A stretch of DNA of 56,067 nt from a bacterium (GTDB taxonomy: Bacteria; Hydrothermota; Hydrothermia; UBA1063), in contig JASEFR010000010.1 in assembly GCA_030019025.1 (NCBI GenBank), positions 1 to 56,067 on the forward strand. Reading direction: 5' to 3'. Below the pieces are notes generated by a model. That model saw only the letters and a program-made list of their open reading frames with translations. It had not been told where the DNA came from and ran no database searches. Position numbers and translations under genes: made by a program. Of this stretch, positions 36,731-45,953 are shown piece after piece (the first letter of the stretch is position 1; every line of letters starts with the position of its first letter).

Positions 36731-37654
36731 ATGTTAGAGTTTGAAATCTTTGAACATTTAAAAGACGAAAAAGTAAAAATAGCAGTAAGGGTTCAATCCC
36801 TTATAATCAAAATTTTGAGAGATTTTCTCCACGAAAAGGGATTTTTTGAAATTCTCCCCGTCGTGATTTCCAGAGTTACCGATCCCCTATCAGAGGTTAA
36901 AAAATCCATATCCTTTGAAATCTATGGTCAGCAATATCAGCTCACCAAAAGCATGATCTTTCACAAAAGGATGGCTCTATTCAATCTCGACAGAATATTC
37001 ACCCTTTCCCCGAACATAAGAATTGAAGAGGAAAAGAAATCCTCAACACGAAGACATCTTGTGGAATTCGTCCAGCTTGACGTTGAAATAAAAAATGCAA
37101 AAATGCAAGAGGTGATGAATCTCATCGAAGAAATGCTAACTTACTTATTCAAAAGGTTAAAAGATGAGGCTAAAGAAGAACTGGCTTACTTTGGTAGAAC
37201 TCTTCCCGAAATCAGTCCCCCTTTTCCTGTTTATGAATTTGAAGACGTTTACAGCCTATATGGAGAAGATTACGAAAAGGTTATCTCTGAAAACTCATCA
37301 GTTCCGGTTTGGATAGTCCATTTTCCTGAAGGGAGAAGAGAATTTTATTATAAGACAATCCCATCAACGGGGAAAATGGCCGACTTCGACCTCCTGTACC
37401 CTTATGGATATGGAGAGGCAATTTCTGGGGGCGAAAGGGAAGACGACAGAACAAATGTTATAAACAAGCTTAGAAATAAAGATGCGGAATTCCTAAAAAC
37501 ATTCTATTTGAAGTTATTGGAGGAAGGAGTTCCCCCATCTGCAGGTTTTGGGATTGGAATTGAGAGGCTGACGATGTTTGTCTGTGGACTTAGCCATATC
37601 GTGTATACCAAATTTTTCCCAAAACTGCCATTAAAAGAAGTTCAGTTCATTTAA
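36731..37654 (+). CDS. Asparagine synthetase A, archaeal-type (AsnRS catalytic-core paralog lacking the anticodon-binding domain)
   Basis: 307 aa with class II aaRS motifs: motif 2 reads RRHLVEFVQLDVE and motif 3 reads GFGIGIERLTMFVCG. There is no N-terminal OB fold. GGAGG is followed after 7 nt by the ATG. Confidence 0.75.
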   Translation: MLEFEIFEHLKDEKVKIAVRVQSLIIKILRDFLHEKGFFEILPVVISRVTDPLSEVKKSISFEIYGQQYQLTKSMIFHKRMALFNLDRIFTLSPNIRIEEEKKSSTRRHLVEFVQLDVEIKNAKMQEVMNLIEEMLTYLFKRLKDEAKEELAYFGRTLPEISPPFPVYEFEDVYSLYGEDYEKVISENSSVPVWIVHFPEGRREFYYKTIPSTGKMADFDLLYPYGYGEAISGGEREDDRTNVINKLRNKDAEFLKTFYLKLLEEGVPPSAGFGIGIERLTMFVCGLSHIVYTKFFPKLPLKEVQFI

Positions 37655-37668
37655 GAGGAGGTGCCAAC

Positions 37669-38833
37669 TTTAAAGGATTTGACTTTAAAAATAAGGAAGA
37701 AGTGATCAATTTTCTCAATGATCATCCCGAGGTCAAGTTCCGTAGATTTCTTTTTGTAAATGTTCTCCGCAGGCCTCTAAACTTTACTAAACCCTCAAAA
37801 GAAATTGAAGATACCTTTAAAAAGGGAAAAGGCTTTGATGGAAGCTCGGTTGAAGGCTTTGCAAGAATTCGTGAATTTGACTCAGTTTTTGTACCTGATC
37901 CCAGAAGCTTTAGGGTATTACCTTGGAAGCATGAACTTGGCAGTGAGACCTGGTGTAAATCTTTGATGTTTGGTAACATTTACGATGCCAATGGGGACGG
38001 GTTTAACGGTGATTCAAGGTTTATATTAATCAAAGCTCTTGAAGATAGGCAAGGAACTTAAATGCATTGGTCCAGAGATTGAATTTTTTTATTCGAAAAC
38101 GATAGAAGCACTAAATCATCAGGTACAGGAGGCTATTTTTACAGCGGGAGCTCGTGTTGGTTCAGAAAAGTTGCCGTGATATGTTTGTAAAATGGGTATT
38201 TCTGTTGGTTGTGATCATCACGAAGTAGCTCCGAGCCAGCACGAAATAGATTTAAAATACGGTCAGCTAAAGAAATCGTAGATAGCATTACGCTTGCAAA
38301 ATATGCTTTTAAAAAAACACCCGAGAGACTAAACCTTCATTTCTTCTTTATGCCAAACATATAAAGGATCTCCCTGGCAATGAAGTGAATCTCCATATTT
38401 CTCTCTTCAGAAATGGCGAAAACTTATTTCACTCCCCCGCAGGTTTTCCGATTTCGGAAAACGCTTTGCAATGGCCTTATCTAATATGGAGGGAAATTCA
38501 ACGGTTTTTAAATCAATGGGTTAATTCTTACAAAAGACTAAGACCAGGTTATGAGGCCCCGTATTATTCAGCCTGGAGACAAAGAACCGTTCCTTCTGCG
38601 TGAGTGTACTGAACTTCAGAAAAGACTCAAAAAACTCGTACAGAATTGAGCTTAAAAGCTCTTGAACTTTTTAGAACCAGCAGGTCTTGCGGAGAAGTAC
38701 TTGGTTAACACGTTCATGAAAAACTCATTGAAAACAAAGAGAAAGAATGGAAAAACTACGTAATGGAAGTCGGAACAAGGTATGAAAACGAGGTAGCGAG
38801 TTTGAACTGAAAAAGTATCTCCCCATTTTGTAA
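37669..38833 (+). pseudogene. glnA: Glutamine synthetase type I pseudogene (multiple frameshifts, stops and deletions)
   Basis: GS-specific blocks are scattered over all three frames. They include GFDGSSVEGFARIRE.D..PDP..F.VLPW, GPEIEFF, HHEVAPSQHEIDLKY, FMPK...G...LHISL, NSYKRLRPGYEAP and a C-terminal ELKKYLPIL. Stops occur at 38059 and elsewhere. The total span is about 390 codons, against roughly 440-470 for an intact GSI. Confidence 0.85.
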
Positions 38834-38892
38834 ACTAAGCCCTTTGAACTGACATTTTTGAATTACATAATATTTGTGATAAAATAATATTC

Positions 38893-38989
38893 GGCACTGG
38901 GGGAGCTGGGTAAAAGCCTGGCTGAGAGGCCTGCCTAAAAGGCGACCCCTCGAACCTGATCCGGGTAATGCCGGCGAAGGGAAAGTGCC
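38893..38989 (+). promoter_or_regulatory. TPP (THI-box) riboswitch
   Basis: The P1 stem pairs GGCACT with AGTGCC. Conserved elements CTGGGGGAGC, GCTGAGA and ACCC..GAACCTGATCCGGGTAATGCCGGCGAAGGGA are present, directly upstream of thiC. Confidence 0.9.
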
Positions 38990-39041
38990 AGTAGCTTTCC
39001 CATACGCTCAGCCCTCCCCCTTAAAGCCAGAGGAGGAAAAG

Positions 39042-40307
39042 ATGGGGGAGACTTTAATTGAAACACTAAAATCTGGTAAAATCCCAGAAAAGTTCATAGA
39101 AATCTGTAAAAAAGAGAAGGTAGACCCAAAGCTGATGTCACAAGAAGTTGTCTCCGGTACAGCTGTCGTCGTCGGATACCGCACCGGAAGAAATCCTTTT
39201 ATACTCTCAAACTTTGTTCGTACAAAAGTAAATGCTAACATCGGGACGAGCACGAATCGGTCAAGCCTTCCGGAAGAACTGGAAAAGCTCAGAGCTGCCT
39301 TAGATGCAGGTGCTGACGCAGTCATGGATCTTTCACTGTCAGAGGACTTAAAAATTATTAGAAAGAAAATACTCGAAAATTCTACTGTGCCAGTGGGAAC
39401 CGTGCCCATCTATGAGGCTGCAACACAGGCAAGAATTAAGCGAGGTGCAGTCGTAAGGCTTGATGTGGAGGAGATTTTCGATATCCTTGAACAGCAAATG
39501 GAAGAAGGCGTTGACTTTATGACCATACACGCAGGGGTAACAAGAGAACTTGTTATGAAACTGAAAGAAAACCCAAGACTGGAAGGTATCGTCTCCCGAG
39601 GGGGTGCAATACTTTCTGCCTATATCAAAACCTACAATAGAGAAAACCCACTCTTTGAACATTTCGATCGCCTGCTGAAATTAGCCAGAAAGTACGATGT
39701 CGTACTTTCCCTCGGCGATGGTATGAGGCCCGGCGCAATAAAGGATGCAGGAGATTACTTCGAGGTGGGAGAGCAGAAAGTTCTCGGAGAACTGGTTCTT
39801 AAGGCGAGAGAAGCAGGGGTTATGACCATCGTTGAGGGTCCCGGGCATGTTCCTCTTCATAAAGTCAAGGAAGCAGTGGAAAGAATGAAAAAATTAAACT
39901 ACGGAGCTCCTCTTTACCTCCTTGGACCAGTTGTGACAGACATAGCACCAGGGTTTGACCACATCACTGGCGCAATAGGTGGTGCCATCGCTGCCTGGTC
40001 GGGCGTTGAATTCCTCTGTTATGTAACTCCTGCCGAGCATCTCGGACTTCCAACAGCAGAAGACGTAAAACTGGGCGTAATTGCTGCAAGGATTGCGGGG
40101 CACGCTGCTGACATTGCAAAGGGAATCAAGGATGCCGATAAATGGGATGAGGAAATGTCAAAAGCAAGAAAAGAACTGAACTGGGATACCATGATGGCTC
40201 TATCTATTCATCCAGAAACCTCAAGGAGATTGAGGGTTGAAAAGTCCGGCGAAGGTTTATGTACAATGTGCGGTGAGTACTGCGTATTCCTAATTAACAA
40301 GGATTAA
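39042..40307 (+). CDS. thiC: Phosphomethylpyrimidine synthase (radical SAM, short form)
   Basis: I start at the ATG preceded by AGAGGAGG; the track ORF extends into the riboswitch. The C-terminal motif is CTMCGEYC. Confidence 0.95.
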   Translation: MGETLIETLKSGKIPEKFIEICKKEKVDPKLMSQEVVSGTAVVVGYRTGRNPFILSNFVRTKVNANIGTSTNRSSLPEELEKLRAALDAGADAVMDLSLSEDLKIIRKKILENSTVPVGTVPIYEAATQARIKRGAVVRLDVEEIFDILEQQMEEGVDFMTIHAGVTRELVMKLKENPRLEGIVSRGGAILSAYIKTYNRENPLFEHFDRLLKLARKYDVVLSLGDGMRPGAIKDAGDYFEVGEQKVLGELVLKAREAGVMTIVEGPGHVPLHKVKEAVERMKKLNYGAPLYLLGPVVTDIAPGFDHITGAIGGAIAAWSGVEFLCYVTPAEHLGLPTAEDVKLGVIAARIAGHAADIAKGIKDADKWDEEMSKARKELNWDTMMALSIHPETSRRLRVEKSGEGLCTMCGEYCVFLINKD

Positions 40308-40312
40308 AAGAA

Positions 40313-41128
40313 ATGAATATTAAAGAAAAAGCTCAAAAAGCCCTTGAGAATATCAAGAACTTAAGCCCTCTTGTTCACAATATAACCAACTATGTTGCCG
40401 CAAACTTTCAGGCGAATGCACTACTGGCTATAGGTGCTTCACCTGTCATGGCACACTCTGAAGATGAGGTAGAAGATATGGTTTCCATCGCAAATTCCTT
40501 AGTCCTTAATATAGGAACACCCACTAAAACCATGATCAACTCTATGATTATCGCCGGTAAAAAGGCAAACGAGCTAAAAAAGCCCGTAATTTTGGACCCC
40601 GTTGGTGCAGGCGCCACAAGATTTAGGAACTATTTAGTAGAGAAAATACTAAACGAGGTAAAGGTAGACATAATAAGGGGAAATGCCTCTGAAATCGGAG
40701 CAATTTGCGGTCTGGAAAGTAAGACGAAGGGAGTTGACTCCATAACGAAACCGGAAAATATTCTTGAATCCGCTATCGAATTTAGCAAAAAAACAAGAAC
40801 TATTGTCGCAATTTCAGGGGCGATAGATTACATTATAAAAGGAGATAATGTTTTGGAATGTCACAATGGAGTACCTTTGCTTGGTAAAATAACCGGGTCC
40901 GGTTGTGCAGTATCTTCCATAATCGGAGCTTTTGCAGCTGTAGAGGAGGATAAAGCCTTTGCTTCCCTTTTTGGCCTTGCTCTCTTTGGGGTGGCAGGGG
41001 AGCTCGCCTCTAAGAATGCCACAGGCCCCGGGGGTTTCTACTCCCTTTTAATTGACAGGCTTTACAATCTAACACCTAATGAATTTTCAGAAAACTTGAA
41101 GTTTGAGGTAAAAAGGAGCGAGAAATGA
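40313..41128 (+). CDS. thiM: Hydroxyethylthiazole kinase
   Basis: 271 aa containing [14 protein letters not shown] and GSGC. Confidence 0.9.
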   Translation: MNIKEKAQKALENIKNLSPLVHNITNYVAANFQANALLAIGASPVMAHSEDEVEDMVSIANSLVLNIGTPTKTMINSMIIAGKKANELKKPVILDPVGAGATRFRNYLVEKILNEVKVDIIRGNASEIGAICGLESKTKGVDSITKPENILESAIEFSKKTRTIVAISGAIDYIIKGDNVLECHNGVPLLGKITGSGCAVSSIIGAFAAVEEDKAFASLFGLALFGVAGELASKNATGPGGFYSLLIDRLYNLTPNEFSENLKFEVKRSEK

Positions 41129-41892
41129 AAGAAAAGAAAATTACTGAAATCATAATCAGGAACCATTTTAATCACCTTTTAAGCGCCATAGAAAGTGATA
41201 TAATCATTGCCGGGGGTGGTCCTTCCTCCTTGGTGGCCGGATATTACCTGGCCAAGACCGGTAAAAAAGTCACGATTCTTGAAAAGAAACTATCTCTCGG
41301 TGGAGGAACCTGGGGAGGAGGAATGGGTTTCAAATTTGCTGTAGTGGAAGAGGCATGCCTCCCCATCCTGAACGACATGGGCATAAGATACAAAAAAGAG
41401 GAAGAGGACCTCTATTCCGTTGATTCCATAGAATTAGCCAGCGGTTTAATATTTAACGCAATAAAGGTGGGAGCAGAAATCTTCAATCTCATTTCTGTAG
41501 AAGATTTAGTCATAAAAGATAACAGAGTCCAAGGTGTGGTGATCAACGCATCGCCGATAGAAATAGCAAAGCTCCACGTGGACCCCATAACCCTATTGGC
41601 AAAGGCAGTAGTTGATGCCACGGGACACGACCTTGAGGTAGTTAAAGTTTTAATTAAAAAGAACGGTGTGAAATTAAATACTGAAACAGGCGAAATAATT
41701 GGTGAAAGGTCTATGGATGCTGAAGAAGGAGAAAAAATCACTGTTGAAAAAACAGGTGAGGTATTTCCCGGTCTATACGTTGTCGGAATGGCCGCCTGTG
41801 CCTGTTTTGGCGGGCCGAGGATGGGTCCTATTTTCGGAGGTATGTTATTATCAGGTAAAAAGCTGGCAGAAATGCTAATTGAGAAACTATGA
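41125..41892 (+). CDS. thi4: Thiazole synthase of the Thi4 (archaeal/eukaryotic) type
   Basis: 255 aa containing [10 protein letters not shown]...[14 protein letters not shown] and DATGHD. Confidence 0.9.
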   Translation: MKEKKITEIIIRNHFNHLLSAIESDIIIAGGGPSSLVAGYYLAKTGKKVTILEKKLSLGGGTWGGGMGFKFAVVEEACLPILNDMGIRYKKEEEDLYSVDSIELASGLIFNAIKVGAEIFNLISVEDLVIKDNRVQGVVINASPIEIAKLHVDPITLLAKAVVDATGHDLEVVKVLIKKNGVKLNTETGEIIGERSMDAEEGEKITVEKTGEVFPGLYVVGMAACACFGGPRMGPIFGGMLLSGKKLAEMLIEKL

Positions 41893-42521
41893 AGGATATA
41901 TTAAAGCTGTATCTCATTGCTGATTATCTTTACTACGATGAAAATTTCTATGAGAAAGTTAAAGAGGCAATTAAAGGCGGAGTTACGGCAGTCCAATTTA
42001 GATTTAAAGGTGTAGACGACGGGCTGGCCTACGAAATCGCCAAGAATCTGAAAGAAATTTGTAAAGAAAAAGGCGTCGCCTTTTTCATAAACAACAGACC
42101 CGATTTTGCAATTCTTCTTGATGCTGATGGAGTTCACATCGGGCAAGACGACTTACCCCTCACCGAAGTTAAAAGAATCGTATGCGGAAAAATTGTCGGA
42201 ATCTCCGTAGGAAACAAAGAAGAATTTGAAAAGGTGATGAATATGCCTTTCGACTATCTCAGTTTTGGGTCTGTTTTCGCAACACCTACCAAACCAGATG
42301 CAGGAAAACCCATAGGCTTAGAAAATTTGAAAAAACTTGTAGAGATAACACCCGATGTCCCCAAAATTGCCATAGGGGGGATCTCTGAAGAAAACGCACT
42401 AAGCGTGATACAAACGGGGGTATGTGGTATTGCTGTATCCAGTGCCATAATGAAATCCACAAATCCATACGAATCTGCCAGGCGTTTGAGAGAAATTGTT
42501 GAAAAGGGATTGAAAGGATAA
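41889..42521 (+). CDS. thiE: Thiamine-phosphate synthase
   Basis: 210 aa with family-wide similarity, including VQFRFK..., GVHIGQDD and IAIGGI. Confidence 0.9.
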   Translation: MKDILKLYLIADYLYYDENFYEKVKEAIKGGVTAVQFRFKGVDDGLAYEIAKNLKEICKEKGVAFFINNRPDFAILLDADGVHIGQDDLPLTEVKRIVCGKIVGISVGNKEEFEKVMNMPFDYLSFGSVFATPTKPDAGKPIGLENLKKLVEITPDVPKIAIGGISEENALSVIQTGVCGIAVSSAIMKSTNPYESARRLREIVEKGLKG

Positions 42522-42954
42522 CCAACTTAAGAAAACAACGAAGAGCCAGGCGGAAATCAAAACCCAAGAAAAATTAAAAGATCAAAACAATTTCTCAAGA
42601 CTCAGAATTTGGGATAGATTAAAAAATCCGGCATTCATCAAAGCCCTTTTAATTTACATAGCACCACTTGCTAAATCCTTTGATTCTCTTTCAACAAGAA
42701 CACAAACAAAGATATAACTCATGCAAAAAAAGATAACAACGTTGTCAAGTTAACATAGGGAAAACAGAAAGCCAATACCGAAAAATATTAATTCAAAAGT
42801 TCAAATACCTTCAACACCAACAATAAGCATAACTAAATGGGATTAGTTGAAATAGAAAAGTGAAATCCAAACCTGCACCAAATTTAAAGCTTAACTGTAC
42901 ACGGCTACCATTGAACCTATTTAAAACCCTATTTTTAGTTTGGGGTTCAGATTA

Positions 42955-42986
42955 ATCCTTTGCACTGTTATCCTTTGCACTGTTAT
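42955..42986 (+). repeat. Perfect tandem duplication of the 15-mer ATCCTTTGCACTGTT (2.1 copies)
   Basis: Read directly. Each copy carries a TTGCAC -35-like hexamer, and the second copy serves the promoter below. Confidence 0.85.
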
Positions 42987-43003
42987 AAGACACACTTTAA
43001 AAT
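42975..43003 (+). promoter_or_regulatory. Promoter abutting the DUF2207 gene start (leaderless geometry)
   Basis: TTGCAC, 17-nt spacer, TAAAAT, 6 nt, then ATG 43010. No SD is present. Confidence 0.45.
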
Positions 43004-43009
43004 CTAAAC

Positions 43010-44641
43010 ATGAACGTATTTATAGCCCTTCTCCTTTCATGGTACATTAAAGAGTTTAATGTAGCATTAAGACTTACAGGGGATAATCTTCTTGATGTCA
43101 ATGAGACAATCACCGTAGATTTTGAGAATGAAAAAAGACATGGTATCTATAGGAACATCCCTGTTAAATTTAGAAACGACCAGTTATCCATAAAGGTTAT
43201 TTCTGCAGGAAGTTATGACTTCGAAGAAATGCCATGGGTCTTAAAAAGAGGTCCAGACTATCTCACTATAAGGATCGGAGATCCTGATAAATACGTATCA
43301 GGTGTGGTAAGATACTACATTAACTATCAAACTGAGTATGCAGTTTTTGACAGTCTCAATTATCAATATTTTATCTGGAATGTCACAGGAAATAGCTGGA
43401 ATGTCCCCATAGATTCGGTAATTTGCAATATTGCATTACCCGTTTTGCCATTGGAAGCCCGTGCTTACACAGGGTTCTTTGGGGCAAGGGGGAAAGATGC
43501 AAAGATATACGCTGACAGCATTCAAGGTTACCTTTCTTTTGCCACAACGAGAGCCCTGGAACCTTACGAAGGCCTCACAATCCTGCTTAAATTTCCTCCA
43601 AACACGTTTAAAGTCCAAAGCAAGATTTCAAAGCTTGGAAAACTCTTTCTTAAGCTATGGCCATTATTCATACCCTTTATCGCTTTTTTTATTCTCTTCT
43701 TGGAGTGGTACAAACGGGGAAGAGACCCGTATACCGGGACCATTGTTGTACAATATCAACCTCCCGAAGATTTGACCCCTTCAGAAAGCGGAACAATCTT
43801 TGACGAGAAGGTTGATCCGAGGGATATAACAGCAGAAATCGTTTTCTTAATGCTAAACGGATACATCCAAATAGAAGAGGGAGACAAAAAAGAAATCATA
43901 ATCAAAAAGCTAAAAGATTGTGACGAAAATCTTAAACCTCACCAGTGTGCAATTTTAAAAAGCCTCTTTAAGCCCGAATATGCAAAGGAAGACAACAAAG
44001 TTGTAAAAATTTCGGATCTGAAAAACCGCTACTATAAGGAATTCAAGAAAATCAGTCGTGAAATCTACAAAAGCCTCACAACGAGAGGCTATTTCAGAGA
44101 AGAGCCAGAAACTGTTAGAGCCTCTTATTACGCCATCGGAGTCGGAATTTCAATGGGAATCGGGATTGTAGGGCAGTTATTAATGAAAAACAGCACAAGC
44201 AATTTGTTCATAATAATCTTCTCCGCAATCTTAAATTTCTTGATCTTTTCTTTCTTTGGAAGAATAATGGTAGCTAAGACTGAGAAAGGAGCACAAGCCT
44301 TGAGATACTTGAGGGGGCTCCGAGAATTTATACATACCGTTGAAAAAGAAAGGCTTAAACTCTTTGCCCTTGATAATCCAGAAATGTTTAAAAGACTGCT
44401 CCCCTATGCCATAGCCTTCGGAGAAGAGGAAAAATGGGGAAAAGTTTTTGATGAAATATTTGAAGAGATAAAAGAACGAGTTGAATTTGGCTACGTGAGA
44501 GTCCACTCCTTCGTCCCAACAATGACCTATCTCAATTCTACCCTTTACAGTATTCCCCACTCCTCTGGCGGTAGTCATGGCGGATTTAGTGGCGGTTTTA
44601 GCGGCGGTGGCGCAGGTGGCGGTGGTGGAGGTGCGTGGTAA
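43010..44641 (+). CDS. DUF2207-family membrane protein with a Gly-rich C-terminal tail
   Basis: 543 aa with an extracytoplasmic N-domain, central and C-proximal TM helices, and the tail SSGGSHGGFSGGFSGGGAGGGGGGAW typical of this family. Confidence 0.7.
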   Translation: MNVFIALLLSWYIKEFNVALRLTGDNLLDVNETITVDFENEKRHGIYRNIPVKFRNDQLSIKVISAGSYDFEEMPWVLKRGPDYLTIRIGDPDKYVSGVVRYYINYQTEYAVFDSLNYQYFIWNVTGNSWNVPIDSVICNIALPVLPLEARAYTGFFGARGKDAKIYADSIQGYLSFATTRALEPYEGLTILLKFPPNTFKVQSKISKLGKLFLKLWPLFIPFIAFFILFLEWYKRGRDPYTGTIVVQYQPPEDLTPSESGTIFDEKVDPRDITAEIVFLMLNGYIQIEEGDKKEIIIKKLKDCDENLKPHQCAILKSLFKPEYAKEDNKVVKISDLKNRYYKEFKKISREIYKSLTTRGYFREEPETVRASYYAIGVGISMGIGIVGQLLMKNSTSNLFIIIFSAILNFLIFSFFGRIMVAKTEKGAQALRYLRGLREFIHTVEKERLKLFALDNPEMFKRLLPYAIAFGEEEKWGKVFDEIFEEIKERVEFGYVRVHSFVPTMTYLNSTLYSIPHSSGGSHGGFSGGFSGGGAGGGGGGAW

Positions 44642-44679
44642 GTTCACCCTTTTCACAAACTTTCTTTTATAATTAAAGC

Positions 44680-45603
44680 ATGAAGATTCTTCTTACAGGC
44701 GGCTGCGGATTTATTGGGTCTCATATTCAAGACTACTACATCAAAGAAGGTCACGAAGTAGTAGTCGTTGATAACCTTACCTCTGGGAAGAAGGAACACC
44801 TAAATCCAAAGGCAAAATTTTACCAACTGGATATTCGCGATCTGGAAGGTCTTGAAAAAGTATTTTCTGAGGAAAAACCGGATATTGTGAATCACCACGC
44901 TGCCCAGATTAGCGTAATATATTCCACTAAGAATCCACAAGAAGATGCGGATACTAACATTCGAGGAACCATAAACCTCTTAGAACTCTCAGTAAAACAC
45001 GGCGTCAAAAGATTCATCTTCTCCAGCAGTGGAGGTGCGATATATGGAAACCCAATTTACCTGCCTTGTGATGAACTTCACCCCATTGACCCCCTCAGCC
45101 CTTACGGAATTTCAAAATATGCGGGCGAAATGTACATAAGATACTTTTACAAAAATTTTGGGCTTGATTACGTTATACTGAGATATGGTAACGTCTACGG
45201 TCCCCGTCAGGATCCTTATGGAGAGGCAGGGGTTGTCGCAATATTTGGAATGAACATGCTGAAAAATGAAGATTGCTATATTTATGGTGATGGCAATCAG
45301 GAAAGAGACTTTATATATGTTGAGGATGTGGCAAGAGCGAATATACTTTTCACAAAATTGGGAAAACTGGCAGAGAGGGAGTTTAATATAGGTTCTGGCA
45401 AGGGAACATCGGTTAATGAACTTTTTAAAATGATGAAAAAAATAACAAGGTACAGTAAACAACCTATTTACAAAGAACCAAGAAAGGGTGAGGTTTACAA
45501 GATCTATCTGAACGTTGACAGGGCAAAAAAAGTGGGCTGGTCGCCAACAGTAAATTTTGAGGAAGGTATTGAAAAAACTATTGAACATTTAAGAAAATCT
45601 TGA
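44680..45603 (+). CDS. NAD-dependent epimerase/dehydratase (GalE-like SDR)
   Basis: 307 aa with TGGCGFIGSH and YGISKYAGE (YxxxK). TATAAT lies 6 nt before the ATG. Confidence 0.85.
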   Translation: MKILLTGGCGFIGSHIQDYYIKEGHEVVVVDNLTSGKKEHLNPKAKFYQLDIRDLEGLEKVFSEEKPDIVNHHAAQISVIYSTKNPQEDADTNIRGTINLLELSVKHGVKRFIFSSSGGAIYGNPIYLPCDELHPIDPLSPYGISKYAGEMYIRYFYKNFGLDYVILRYGNVYGPRQDPYGEAGVVAIFGMNMLKNEDCYIYGDGNQERDFIYVEDVARANILFTKLGKLAEREFNIGSGKGTSVNELFKMMKKITRYSKQPIYKEPRKGEVYKIYLNVDRAKKVGWSPTVNFEEGIEKTIEHLRKS

Positions 45604-45881
45604 ATATGGCCATTAAGCGTTACTATATTAGAATTTACGGAATCGTTCAGGGTGTAGGCTTTAGATATTTTGCCTATCGGCTTGCAACAAACATGGGCAT
45701 CAGCGGATACGTAAAAAACATGCCTGACGAATCGGTGGAAATTGAAGCGGAAGGACCAGAAGACGTTCTTGAACAATTTTTAAGAAGGGTAGAGGAAGGT
45801 CCACCAGCCGCTGTTGTTGAAAGGGTAATAAAAGAAGAAATTCCTCCAACAGGTGAAAAGGGATTCGAAATCAAGCACTAA
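45600..45881 (+). CDS. acyP: Acylphosphatase
   Basis: 93 aa containing VQGVGFRYF and GYVKNMPDESVEIEAEG. Confidence 0.9.
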   Translation: MNMAIKRYYIRIYGIVQGVGFRYFAYRLATNMGISGYVKNMPDESVEIEAEGPEDVLEQFLRRVEEGPPAAVVERVIKEEIPPTGEKGFEIKH

Positions 45882-45899
45882 CTAAAATTAAATCTGTTC

Positions 45900-45937
45900 G
45901 AACGAAAAAGGGGGCCAATTGGACCCCTTTTTCGTTC
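45900..45937. terminator. Bidirectional rho-independent terminator between convergent genes
   Basis: GAACGAAAAAGGGGGCC-AATT-GGACCCCTTTTTCGTTC forms 16 bp with one mismatch. A and T runs flank the GC core on both sides. Confidence 0.75.
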
Positions 45938-45953
45938 TCCCGAAATTTGTTTA

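Noticed and set aside
42955-42986. Tandem 15-mer as a possible CRISPR or minisatellite
   Set aside because: There are only 2.1 directly adjacent copies with no spacers and no cas genes. It is better explained as a duplicated promoter or operator element.
44560-44641. Gly-rich run (GGFSGGFSGGGAGGGGGGAW) as a frameshift artefact or low-complexity junk, and the opposite-strand ORF 44231..44656
   Set aside because: A Gly-rich C-terminal tail is a normal feature of DUF2207-family proteins, and the frame is continuous with the rest of the protein.
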